Origin: Candidatus Brocadiia bacterium
Lineage (GTDB): Bacteria > Planctomycetota > Brocadiia > SM23-32
Length of the DNA stretch: 13,884 bases
Direction: 5' to 3'
Assembly: GCA_046538485.1 (NCBI GenBank)
Contig: JBKHIT010000089.1
Coordinates: forward strand, 1-13,884
The notes beneath the pieces are model-generated. The model was not told where the DNA came from, made no database searches, and worked only from the letters and a program-made list of their open reading frames with translations. A program made the translations under genes and the position numbers. Positions 1-7,707 of this stretch are shown piece after piece; within the stretch, counting starts at the first letter, position 1, and each line of letters opens with the position of its first letter.

Positions 1-96
1 ACCCGCTTCTGCCACGCCCGCTCCGCGGGCTTACCGACAGCACCAACGCTAAACGGATACTGCGGCCGCTTCCACAGGCTCACGGGGAACCGAGGT

Positions 97-243
97 TCGA
101 GTTCAGCTGAGCCCGCCACCGGCGGGCGAAACTGGACTTGAGACGGGCAGTGTTTGAGACATGTCACGGTGCGCGCAGATTCGCACAAATTGTGCCGCGT
201 TCTGAACTCCAGTCTTCGGCTGAAGTCCAGTCCGCTCGCGGGA
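97..243. repeat. Structured ~147 bp dispersed repeat, copy A (REP/BIME- or MITE-like)
   Basis: Colinear with 529-666. Shares TCGAGTTCAGCTG, GGACTTGAG.CGGGCA and TG.GCCGCGTTCTGAACTCCAG.CT.CGG.TGAAGTCCAGTCCGCTC.CGGGA. Contains hairpins at 97-141 and 202-230. Confidence 0.8.
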
Positions 244-294
244 AAGGCGTACTACGCGTTCATGTGCAAACGAAAGCCACAAAACCCATGTGGT

Positions 295-333
295 ACAGCC
301 TCTCCAGGCTGTGAACCGGGTCGGGAGACCCGG
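295..333. repeat. Two adjacent perfect 7-bp-stem palindromes (REP-like)
   Basis: ACAGCCT-ctcc-AGGCTGT (295-312) and CCGGGTC-ggga-GACCCGG (316-333). Confidence 0.6.
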
Positions 334-528
334 ACGAGTTGACCTCCGCAGGACGGGATACGAGAGCCGCAACGCCGATCCTGTGTCTGAAAGCTCCTTC
401 CTCTCCAAACCATCTTTCAGTTTTCAACCCCCCTTATCCGTCGCGGAAGCGGGGGCCACAGAAACGTGACACCTCCCCATCCCGCCCTCGCGGGAGTGGG
501 GTATTGTCCGCTCCCGGCAAATGGAGAC

Positions 529-666
529 TCGAGTTCAGCTGCGCGTTAGCGAAGCGGGACTTGAGGCGGGCAAACGCTGGGAATTGGTAAGCTGCACGAG
601 AGTCCCACCAGAATGCGCCGCGTTCTGAACTCCAGCCTCCGGTTGAAGTCCAGTCCGCTCACGGGA
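529..666. repeat. Structured ~138 bp dispersed repeat, copy B
   Basis: Direct-orientation homologue of 97-243 with a shorter inner stem in the first hairpin. Lies just downstream of the stop codon of the minus-strand Asp-box gene. Confidence 0.8.
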
Positions 667-687
667 CCGCACAGGGGATGAACCGGG

Positions 688-1986
688 TCAATAGACCAAC
701 CGCCTGAAATTGGGGATGGTGTGGAAAGTTATCAGATTGCCGTCGTGCGCATTTTTCGCCCGTTCATCGCCCGAACGGCTCAAAACGTGGAGATCGTCGC
801 CATCGATCAGCATACTGGCATAATGTCGGGAACCGTATTCCACAGGCCCGACTGCCACCAGCCCCGCGAAACACCAATCGATGCAGTTTTTTGAAAAATG
901 AAGCTGTAGACGGCGTCGCTGGTTATTCGGCAGGTTGTAGCGATCGTCGGGGAGCCGCTCCGCGCGGTGCATACTATCGGTGGCCTGAGTGCTGAGAAGC
1001 CAGAAGAGGTCGGTGGGCTCATCAAAAAGAATATGGAATTTCATCTGACCGCCGGGACAGGGCACATACAGGGCTTTCCGGCCAGATGGCACTCTTTCGA
1101 GCATCGTCCGCATCTCCCCGGTTCCCGGTTCTTCCCCCTGTTCCACCACTTTTGCAACACATGCATATCCGGTACCGCCGGTATGCGCTCGCATCCAGAG
1201 ATGGTACGTTTTTCCGTCGGGATCACACCAGTAGTGATTTGTGTCGATGAACTGAACGACATTCGTCTCGAGCCAGCCGATGGGGGCGCAGTTTCGGCCT
1301 TCTGCCTGCATGCTTCCCCGGGGATAGGGGCAGGAGAAGAATGGGACGCCAAAAAAGTCGATATTCGGTTCATCTTCGACATTCGGCATAACGTCCCGGA
1401 ACGGGAGTTCCGAGGCAAAAGTCCAGTTCTCGCGCCGGATCAGATCATCTTCAAGCCGTCCCCGCATCAGCACCGGCGCGAACTCGCCGACCGCCCAGGT
1501 TTTGATATCGGCACTCATTCGGTGTTCCATCACGAGGTAGATGCAGCCGTTGGCGTAATGGACATTACAGGGCGCCTGGTGCCACTTTTCTCCGTCCGTG
1601 AGCGCCACCGGCGCCCCCCACGTCTCGCCACCATCATCCGAACGTATGATCATGAGATCATCGGCCTGGCCGAGCACATACAATGTATCGCCAGCCACAA
1701 AGGGTCTGGCATGAAGAAACGGGTATGTTGTGCGAAAGGTCCAGGAATCTCCTCCGTCATCGGAAGTATAGATCCTTCCCTGCCAACCGCGGTTACCTCT
1801 TCGGTAATGTTGTCCGTTCAGATCGGGCACCCCATCGCCGCCCAGATCGGTCGTTGCAATCAAACGCCTATTCTGACTCAGTGCGAGGCCCGGGCTATAA
1901 GCGGAAATGCTTTGAGGATCCGGCGACTCATAAACTGTAACATGTTCCTGGGCAAGTGGTTGTACATGCCAAGAATTGCTATTCAT
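688..1986 (-). CDS. BNR/Asp-box beta-propeller protein, sialidase (GH33)-like fold, probably cytoplasmic
   Basis: Asp-boxes TSDDGGDSW and RSDDGGETW plus degenerate FSKNCIDW. Sialidase-like segments WLETNVVQ..DGK..LWMR, RRRL and RHYAS. Start placed at ATG 1986 (MNSNS) because AGGA lies 6 nt upstream; the ORF track starts at TTG 2001. No signal peptide visible. Confidence 0.8.
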   Translation of the reverse strand: MNSNSWHVQPLAQEHVTVYESPDPQSISAYSPGLALSQNRRLIATTDLGGDGVPDLNGQHYRRGNRGWQGRIYTSDDGGDSWTFRTTYPFLHARPFVAGDTLYVLGQADDLMIIRSDDGGETWGAPVALTDGEKWHQAPCNVHYANGCIYLVMEHRMSADIKTWAVGEFAPVLMRGRLEDDLIRRENWTFASELPFRDVMPNVEDEPNIDFFGVPFFSCPYPRGSMQAEGRNCAPIGWLETNVVQFIDTNHYWCDPDGKTYHLWMRAHTGGTGYACVAKVVEQGEEPGTGEMRTMLERVPSGRKALYVPCPGGQMKFHILFDEPTDLFWLLSTQATDSMHRAERLPDDRYNLPNNQRRRLQLHFSKNCIDWCFAGLVAVGPVEYGSRHYASMLIDGDDLHVLSRSGDERAKNAHDGNLITFHTIPNFRRLVY

Positions 1987-2072
1987 GAATATTCCTATCA
2001 ACGCGTCACCGTTCGGAGGGCTGCTTCTGGCATTTAAAAGCCTTAAATGTCATAAGCATCCTTTGAAAGACG

Positions 2073-2116
2073 GAGGAATGGAGGCCGCTCAATTCGGCCG
2101 CCCATTCCTCATTTTT
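2073..2116. terminator. Stem-loop between the lipoprotein and Asp-box genes, putative terminator
   Basis: GAGGAATGG-a-GGCCG-ctcaatt-CGGCC-gc-CCATTCCTC, followed by ATTTTT on the + strand and by CGTCTTTC on the - strand. Confidence 0.5.
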
Positions 2117-2196
2117 GCTTCCCGTTAAGCCCGCTTTAAAACGAACGGGCCACATTTGTTTTTAAACACTGAACAACGGTCCGCCTTTTTGTTTGC

Positions 2197-2745
2197 TTAC
2201 TCACTTTCTTTTTTCGGCTTCGGCTTTTCTTCTTCTTTTCCTTCTTCCTTTTTCAGTTTGCTCAAAATTTCATCGAGGGCAAGGAACTGTTGTTTGGCGG
2301 TATCTCGAGTCGCTTGAAGATTTTTAACAAAAAGCTTTTGGGCTTCCTGCCAGGTCGAACTCATCTCTGAAAAGCCCTGGGTAACCTGAGCGAAATCGTT
2401 GGTTAATTTTGTGAGCTTTTTATTCGAATCCGCGAGATCGTCTTGCAATTTCTGTATTTCTTTCTGCATCTTCGAGATCTCGTCCTTTTTTCTGCCGAAT
2501 GCTTCGATTTTTTCTCGCACCTGCTCAACTTCGTTCTCGAGCGCCGTCAGCCCCTTTTCCAATTTCTCGACGTCGGCGGCAATCCCTACCTGATTCTCCT
2601 TCAGTTCGTCTTGCCCCACAGTAAGACCTGTTATCTCCTTCCTGGTGTCCGTCTTGAGTTCATCAAAGGCTCCCTGCGACGCACATCCTGCGGCCACAAA
2701 AACACCAAGAACAGCAGCGACAAAAACCAAAATTTTACTGTGCAT
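2197..2745 (-). CDS. Coiled-coil lipoprotein of unknown function (182 aa)
   Basis: GGAGG 5 nt upstream of ATG 2745 (MHSKILV...). Hydrophobic signal with lipobox VAAG-C (Cys21). The remainder is E/K/Q/L-rich heptad-like sequence with a K/E-rich tail. Confidence 0.8.
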   Translation of the reverse strand: MHSKILVFVAAVLGVFVAAGCASQGAFDELKTDTRKEITGLTVGQDELKENQVGIAADVEKLEKGLTALENEVEQVREKIEAFGRKKDEISKMQKEIQKLQDDLADSNKKLTKLTNDFAQVTQGFSEMSSTWQEAQKLFVKNLQATRDTAKQQFLALDEILSKLKKEEGKEEEKPKPKKESE

Positions 2746-2796
2746 ATTATCCTCCGCAAAAACAGTGAAGAGATTTAAAAGAAAAACCCGCACCGA

Positions 2797-5700
2797 TCAT
2801 TGATTTTCTTTCCACGGAGCCGACCACACGCAACGGAATCCGACCCTATCATCACGCTCACTTTTGGGCAGCGGCCGCCGCAATGTTGGTTCGGCTCCGA
2901 TGAATGAATCGGCATAACTTGCGCCACGTACTGTAATCTTGCCCTGCCCAAAATTTTTGTCCTCGCAACGCGTCTCCGGGTATGGATCGTAGCTCGACGC
3001 AGTCCATTCCCGCACATTTCCGATCATATCATAACACCCGATCGAGCTTTTGTCTTCTGGCATTGAGGCCACAGCCTGCGGTTTTTCTCGGCCAGCAGCT
3101 CGTAGAACTGCTCGCCCTTCAGCATTTTCTTCTCCCCAGGGATATTTTTTCTTCGAATATACTGCGCCATTTCCTTCGGTCATTTTCCCGACCGCGGCAC
3201 ATTCCCACTCAGCTTCTGAAGGCAATCTTTTTCCCGCCCATCGCGCATAAGCCCGGGCTTCATACCAGCAAATTCCCCTCACAGGATGAGATTCCGTTCC
3301 TTCGGGAAAATGACCGTTGCTCCATCCGGCAGGTCCGGGGTTTCCTGTTGCATCGCGAAAATCCCGGGTGGGATTGCCTTCGTAAGCTCTCCACAAATTT
3401 TTTCGGCTGTAACCGTCGGCATCTAAAAAACGCTGATACTTTTGATTTGTAACTTCCCGGGAATCGATATAAAAGTCCTGCAATTCCACGATGTGCATCG
3501 GCGAATTGCTCGGAGCAAGAGAGTCAAGTCCCGCATATTGAACCCCCAGCGGAAACTTCCCGGCCTCGACTGGCACCATTGCCGGGGCCTCAAAGGGCCC
3601 AAAATTTCGGTACCAGGTCATCGTTTCCTCGCGATCTCTCATTATCCGAGGTGCCAATTCCGCTTCGAGCATCGCCTTTGTAAGAGCTTCTCGCGCCCTC
3701 AAGCAGAGATTGCTTTCCAACACCGCCCCAGCATGAGCCAGCATCTCGATTGTAGGTCCCTGTCCCTGGTCTAATGTCTTACTGAGCTCAGCGACCCATC
3801 TCCGAGACGGACGGTCGGGATATTTTTCAATTCCAAACTTGCCGTTTCCCGCACAGCAAGCATCGGCCAGAGCCGCCGCGTAGTTTCCACTGGCTTCTCG
3901 GGCGATAGCGCGTCGCTCAAGCGCAAATTGTTGCAACTTTTCAATACTCCCAGCAGGAGATTCCTTTCCCGTCAGCTGAGCGCAAAGTGCCATTACCTGA
4001 TTCAGTTTGTCGACAATTTTCTCGGCCTCATCGGCCGAATTATATCCTGTCACCTCGCCCTTCGAAGCACGCAACAATACGGCAATCTCCAGGTATTCAT
4101 CCTCGGATGCATAAGATTTCACCAGCTCTTTTATATGGTCAGACCCGCCGTATTTTTCCCTCGCTTCGCTGAGCTGCAGCATACCCCGGGCGTATTGCTC
4201 TCCCGCGAGAAAGTCTTCCAGCCTGGGATACACCTTTCGATAAGCATCGCGCGCGAAAGCCGCAAACCCTGTATTTGCCTTTTTGAGCCGGCCTAAAACA
4301 TCCTGAAATTTCGCAGATGAGGCTTTTTCAGCTTCCGGTCCCTGGAATACTTGCCACGATTCTTCGTAATTCCCCTGTGCCTTTTGAAAAACAGATTCGA
4401 GCTTTTGATCTCGAATATCGTCCCGGAAAAGGAGAGCCTGGCGCCGATTTTCTTCAATCTCTTGCTGGCACAGTGTGGCCTGTTTGAGGAGTCGGCATTT
4501 CTCCAGAACCTCCGGGGAGCCCTCGCCTTCCAGTGCTTTATCGCATGCTTGCGCTGCACCTTTTGGCCGGCCCTGTCGGAGCGCGAGAAGAGCCTGATTG
4601 AACTGTTTTTCGGCGCGGGACGGTTGTTTTGGCTTGGGAATTTCAACAGGATCGGCTTTTTCTTCTTTTGGTTTTTCTGTTTTTTCCTCCGAACTCCCTG
4701 TTTCTTCCTCTGACTTTCCCGTCCCTTCCTTTGGCTCGCCCGTTTCGGGATTCTCGTTTTCCTGGTTGGGTTCATCGAGACGGGCGATTCGTTTCCCACC
4801 GATTGGCTTATCTCTGAAAACGTTCAGCAGATCATATCCTCTGTATCGAGCAATAAAATACGCTATAACAAGACCAATAAAAGTAGCTGCGATAGCGTGC
4901 AAAGCCGGGCGTGCCCTGGACAAAAACTTTTTCCATCGGGGTTTTGTACCCCGGAATGCGTACACAGAGTCTTCGTACGTCAGTTTAATCTCGCGCCCCT
5001 GCAGCAGTTTGCGTAGATCACTCATCACTTCATCGATCGATTGGTAACGATCCTCTCGCTCTTTGGCCATCATTTTACATATGACCGCACCAACTTCCGG
5101 GGATAAATCCGGGTTCCGCTCAAGGGGATCCGGAAGCGGCTCAGTCGCTATTTTATGCATAACACTGACAGGTGTGTCTCCGGTGAACGGAAGTTCACCG
5201 ACTACCATTCGATAGAAGGTTGCGCCAAGAGAATAAATATCCGTCCGCGCATCGAGATCAGAATGGCCCCGTGCTTGTTCGGGCGACATATAATTAGGCG
5301 TGCCAAGCACCGCCCCGGTCACCGTCAGGTTGATCTCATCTTCAGAACCGATGTCTTTCGCCAAACCCAGATCGGTTAATTTCGGCGTGCCCCTGTCGTT
5401 AAGAATAATATTCGAAGGTTTGATGTCCCGGTGGATAATTCCCATATCGTGGGCTTCTTTGAGTGCCTCGGCTACGTTGTAAACAATCGACATCGCTCGA
5501 CTGGGTTCTATTTTGCCTTCCCTCTTGAGGATCGCGTCGATGGGTTCGCCGGTCACATATTCCATCAGGATAAACCGAACACCATCAACCTCGCCCACAT
5601 CGAAGATACGAACGCTATAGGGCGAGGTCAGTTTGGCAGCGTGCCGCCCTTCCCGCTCAAAACGTCCCACGAACGCCGTCTTCATCCCGAGGTCCGGGGG

Positions 5701-5835
5701 GAGAAACTTCACTGCCGCGTAACTACCCAGTTCGACGTGACGTGCCTTGAAAACAGCCCCCATACCGCCCTGACCTATTTTCTCAACAATTGCGTAGTTA
5801 CCTACACGATCGGGGATTTCTTGCGAAAGCATCAT
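2797..5835 (-). CDS. Membrane-anchored Hanks-type Ser/Thr protein kinase with a C-terminal formylglycine-generating enzyme (FGE/SUMF1)-like domain
   Basis: Kinase motifs GQGGMGAVFKA, AAVK, HRDIKPSN, DLG (DFG variant), GTPNYMSPEQ and DIYSLG. One TM segment (ALHAIAATFIGLVIAYFIA), then a charged linker and a helical region. FGE-sulfatase motifs EVTNQKY, HPVRGICWYEARAY, RLPSEAEWE, DMIGNVREW and VGFRC. GAGAGG 9 nt upstream of ATG 5835. Confidence 0.92.
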   Translation of the reverse strand: MMLSQEIPDRVGNYAIVEKIGQGGMGAVFKARHVELGSYAAVKFLPPDLGMKTAFVGRFEREGRHAAKLTSPYSVRIFDVGEVDGVRFILMEYVTGEPIDAILKREGKIEPSRAMSIVYNVAEALKEAHDMGIIHRDIKPSNIILNDRGTPKLTDLGLAKDIGSEDEINLTVTGAVLGTPNYMSPEQARGHSDLDARTDIYSLGATFYRMVVGELPFTGDTPVSVMHKIATEPLPDPLERNPDLSPEVGAVICKMMAKEREDRYQSIDEVMSDLRKLLQGREIKLTYEDSVYAFRGTKPRWKKFLSRARPALHAIAATFIGLVIAYFIARYRGYDLLNVFRDKPIGGKRIARLDEPNQENENPETGEPKEGTGKSEEETGSSEEKTEKPKEEKADPVEIPKPKQPSRAEKQFNQALLALRQGRPKGAAQACDKALEGEGSPEVLEKCRLLKQATLCQQEIEENRRQALLFRDDIRDQKLESVFQKAQGNYEESWQVFQGPEAEKASSAKFQDVLGRLKKANTGFAAFARDAYRKVYPRLEDFLAGEQYARGMLQLSEAREKYGGSDHIKELVKSYASEDEYLEIAVLLRASKGEVTGYNSADEAEKIVDKLNQVMALCAQLTGKESPAGSIEKLQQFALERRAIAREASGNYAAALADACCAGNGKFGIEKYPDRPSRRWVAELSKTLDQGQGPTIEMLAHAGAVLESNLCLRAREALTKAMLEAELAPRIMRDREETMTWYRNFGPFEAPAMVPVEAGKFPLGVQYAGLDSLAPSNSPMHIVELQDFYIDSREVTNQKYQRFLDADGYSRKNLWRAYEGNPTRDFRDATGNPGPAGWSNGHFPEGTESHPVRGICWYEARAYARWAGKRLPSEAEWECAAVGKMTEGNGAVYSKKKYPWGEENAEGRAVLRAAGREKPQAVASMPEDKSSIGCYDMIGNVREWTASSYDPYPETRCEDKNFGQGKITVRGASYADSFIGAEPTLRRPLPKSERDDRVGFRCVWSAPWKENQ

Positions 5836-5905
5836 CTTCAAAAACCTCTCTCAGACAGCACTACACGCCGGAATTCATTTACCCTTCCTGCGCATTATTG
5901 AATCC

Positions 5906-5933
5906 ATTCTACCGCCTCAGAAAAGTGAATCAA
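5906..5933 (-). promoter_or_regulatory. Putative sigma70-type promoter for the kinase-lipoprotein genes
   Basis: Minus strand TTGATT-N16-TAGAAT, about 70 nt upstream of the kinase ATG. Confidence 0.45.
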
Positions 5934-6008
5934 GGGACTTGATCGTCACGCAGCCGGAACGCACCTCAAATATTTGCTCTAACACAGAGATATGCCAGTC
6001 GCCACGGC

Positions 6009-6037
6009 CGCTTATAACAATTATACCTTTAGGTTCG
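6009..6037. repeat. 29 bp direct repeat, left copy
   Basis: CGCTTATAACAATTATACCTTTAGGTTCG. Differs from 13802-13829 by one substitution and one 1-nt indel. Confidence 0.85.
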
Positions 6038-6183
6038 CAAGAAATGCGGGGTAAACTTTTATCGCTTCGGGCAGGAAAACAAGTTTCGCACAGTTGTCAC
6101 ATCAAAATAAACATAGAAATCGACCTTATCTGAATTTGCCCCACCTGCAGATTCTTTCCACCGCCAGGAAACTCGTTCAAAGC

Positions 6184-6852
6184 CTACACACTTTTTTTCT
6201 CCTCGCCGTGACGTACTATCCGGCCCTCGGTCATATAGATAACATCTTCCGCGATATTCGTGGCGTGATCCGCAATGCGTTCGAGGTGATGGGAGACCGT
6301 TAAGAGACGAATCAAAGCTCCTACGTTTTCGGGTTCAGTCCTCCCCATCCGTTCGACCAGGTCGTACATATGGGCGTGCATGTTGTCAACTTCAATATCA
6401 CCGCCACATACTTCCCTGGCCAGCTGCGCATCCATATTGACCAGGGAATCGAGTGCGTCACTCACCATTTTCTGGGCTTTTCTGGCCATTTCAGTAAAAT
6501 CAAAAGGCATATCCACTCTGGGATAATCCGCCAAAAAAAGTGTCGCCTGGGCGATGTTAACAGCCAAATCACCGATTCTTTCAAGATCGTTATTAATTTT
6601 CAATGTAGAAATGATGTATCGAAGATCAATAGCTACGGGTTGGTAAAGAGCCAGAATTTTCAGACATTCTTCCTCTACTTCAACTTCAAACGAATCGATC
6701 TTATCGTCATCATGAATAATTCCCTGAGCCAGACTGCGATCTCGTTGCGCGATTGACCGCGCGGCCTTTTGCACGGCCTCTTCGACCTGAGCTCCAAGCG
6801 ACAGGATCTCTTTCTTTAACCTCTCGACCTCTCTGAACATATGAAACCCCAT
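6184..6852 (-). CDS. phoU: Phosphate signalling complex protein PhoU
   Basis: Tandem PhoU helical repeats (DDKID..EVEVEE..QPVAIDLR..DLERIGDLAVNIA and LERIADHATNIAE). Directly follows pstB. RBS AAGGAGAG. Confidence 0.97.
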   Translation of the reverse strand: MGFHMFREVERLKKEILSLGAQVEEAVQKAARSIAQRDRSLAQGIIHDDDKIDSFEVEVEEECLKILALYQPVAIDLRYIISTLKINNDLERIGDLAVNIAQATLFLADYPRVDMPFDFTEMARKAQKMVSDALDSLVNMDAQLAREVCGGDIEVDNMHAHMYDLVERMGRTEPENVGALIRLLTVSHHLERIADHATNIAEDVIYMTEGRIVRHGEEKKSV

Positions 6853-6864
6853 GTCATTCTCTCC

Positions 6865-7695
6865 TTAACCGAATCGGCCGGTAATATAATCTTCTGTCTG
6901 TTGTTTCTCAGGTTTCGTGAAAAGCTGCTGGGTATCACCAAATTCGATCAAAGCTCCTTCGTACAAAAATATCGTCACGTCCGACACCCGGGCGGCCTGC
7001 TGCATGTTATGTGTGACGATAATGATAGTGTAATCTCCCCGCAGCTCTCCAATTAAATCTTCAATCCGCGCGGTGGAACGGGGATCAAGCGCCGAACAAG
7101 GCTCGTCCATCAACAACACGTCCGGCTCGACAGCCAGCGCTCTTGCTATGCATAATCTCTGTTGCTGTCCGCCGGAGAGTCCGAGCGCGTTATCGCCGAG
7201 TCTATCCTTAACCTCCTCCCACAGTCCGGCGCCACGCAGACTCTTCTCTACCAGTTCAGTCAGCTCCGATTTATTCCGCCTTCTTTCCAGCCGAGGGCCA
7301 AACGCAATGTTGTCAAAAATAGACTTCGGGAAAGGATTCGGTTTCTGGAACACCATCCCCACAGTCTTCCTCAAAGCCACCTCATCAAGCTGGGGTGAAT
7401 AAACATCTTGACCCTCCAGATATAACTCTCCCTCCGCCCGGCAATGCGGAATCAAGTCATTCATACGATTGATTGCCCGCAAAAATGTGCTCTTGCCGCA
7501 TCCACTCGGTCCAATAATGGCCGTCACGAGCTCTCCCGGCACATCGACGCTGACTTTCTCCACGGCCTCATTGTCGCCGTAGAAAACCGAGAAATTTCTG
7601 GCCTTCACAATTACTTCGGCGTTCTCAATAGCCTCCGATCCATCGTCAGCGGGCAGTGCATCCCGAGGTTTCAAGCTGATGTCAGTCATTCCCAT
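6865..7695 (-). CDS. pstB: Phosphate ABC transporter ATP-binding protein PstB
   Basis: Walker [27 protein letters not shown], signature LSGGQQQR, Walker [22 protein letters not shown]-terminal [10 protein letters not shown]. Confidence 0.98.
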   Translation of the reverse strand: MGMTDISLKPRDALPADDGSEAIENAEVIVKARNFSVFYGDNEAVEKVSVDVPGELVTAIIGPSGCGKSTFLRAINRMNDLIPHCRAEGELYLEGQDVYSPQLDEVALRKTVGMVFQKPNPFPKSIFDNIAFGPRLERRRNKSELTELVEKSLRGAGLWEEVKDRLGDNALGLSGGQQQRLCIARALAVEPDVLLMDEPCSALDPRSTARIEDLIGELRGDYTIIIVTHNMQQAARVSDVTIFLYEGALIEFGDTQQLFTKPEKQQTEDYITGRFG

Positions 7696-7707
7696 CTGCC
7701 GTCTCTC

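Noticed and set aside
30..110. GGTTCGAGT resembling a tRNA T-loop
   Set aside because: No cloverleaf, acceptor stem or T-stem can be formed around it.
107..131. CTGA-stem-GAAA resembling a hammerhead ribozyme core
   Set aside because: It lacks the full CUGANGA and the three-way junction, and copy B has CTGC...GAAG instead.
103..590. Short ORFs 103-408(-), 154-342(+) and 339-590(+)
   Set aside because: They run through palindromic repeats, have no recognisable motifs and no clear RBS.
97..666. CRISPR array or integron attC interpretation of the left repeats
   Set aside because: Only two long units with homologous spacers, no RYYYAAC/GTTRRRY boundaries, and no cas or integrase genes.
967..2037. 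356-aa plus-strand ORF
   Set aside because: Antisense shadow of the Asp-box gene with no motifs.
6009..6037. dif/XerCD site interpretation of the direct repeat
   Set aside because: The ATAA...TTAT dyad is separated by 3 bp rather than 6 bp, and there is no TTATGTTAAAT-like XerD arm.
6085..6112. TTCGCA-N5-GTCACA Pho-like pair on the + strand
   Set aside because: Only two weak half-sites, pointing antisense into phoU, with no suitably placed -10.
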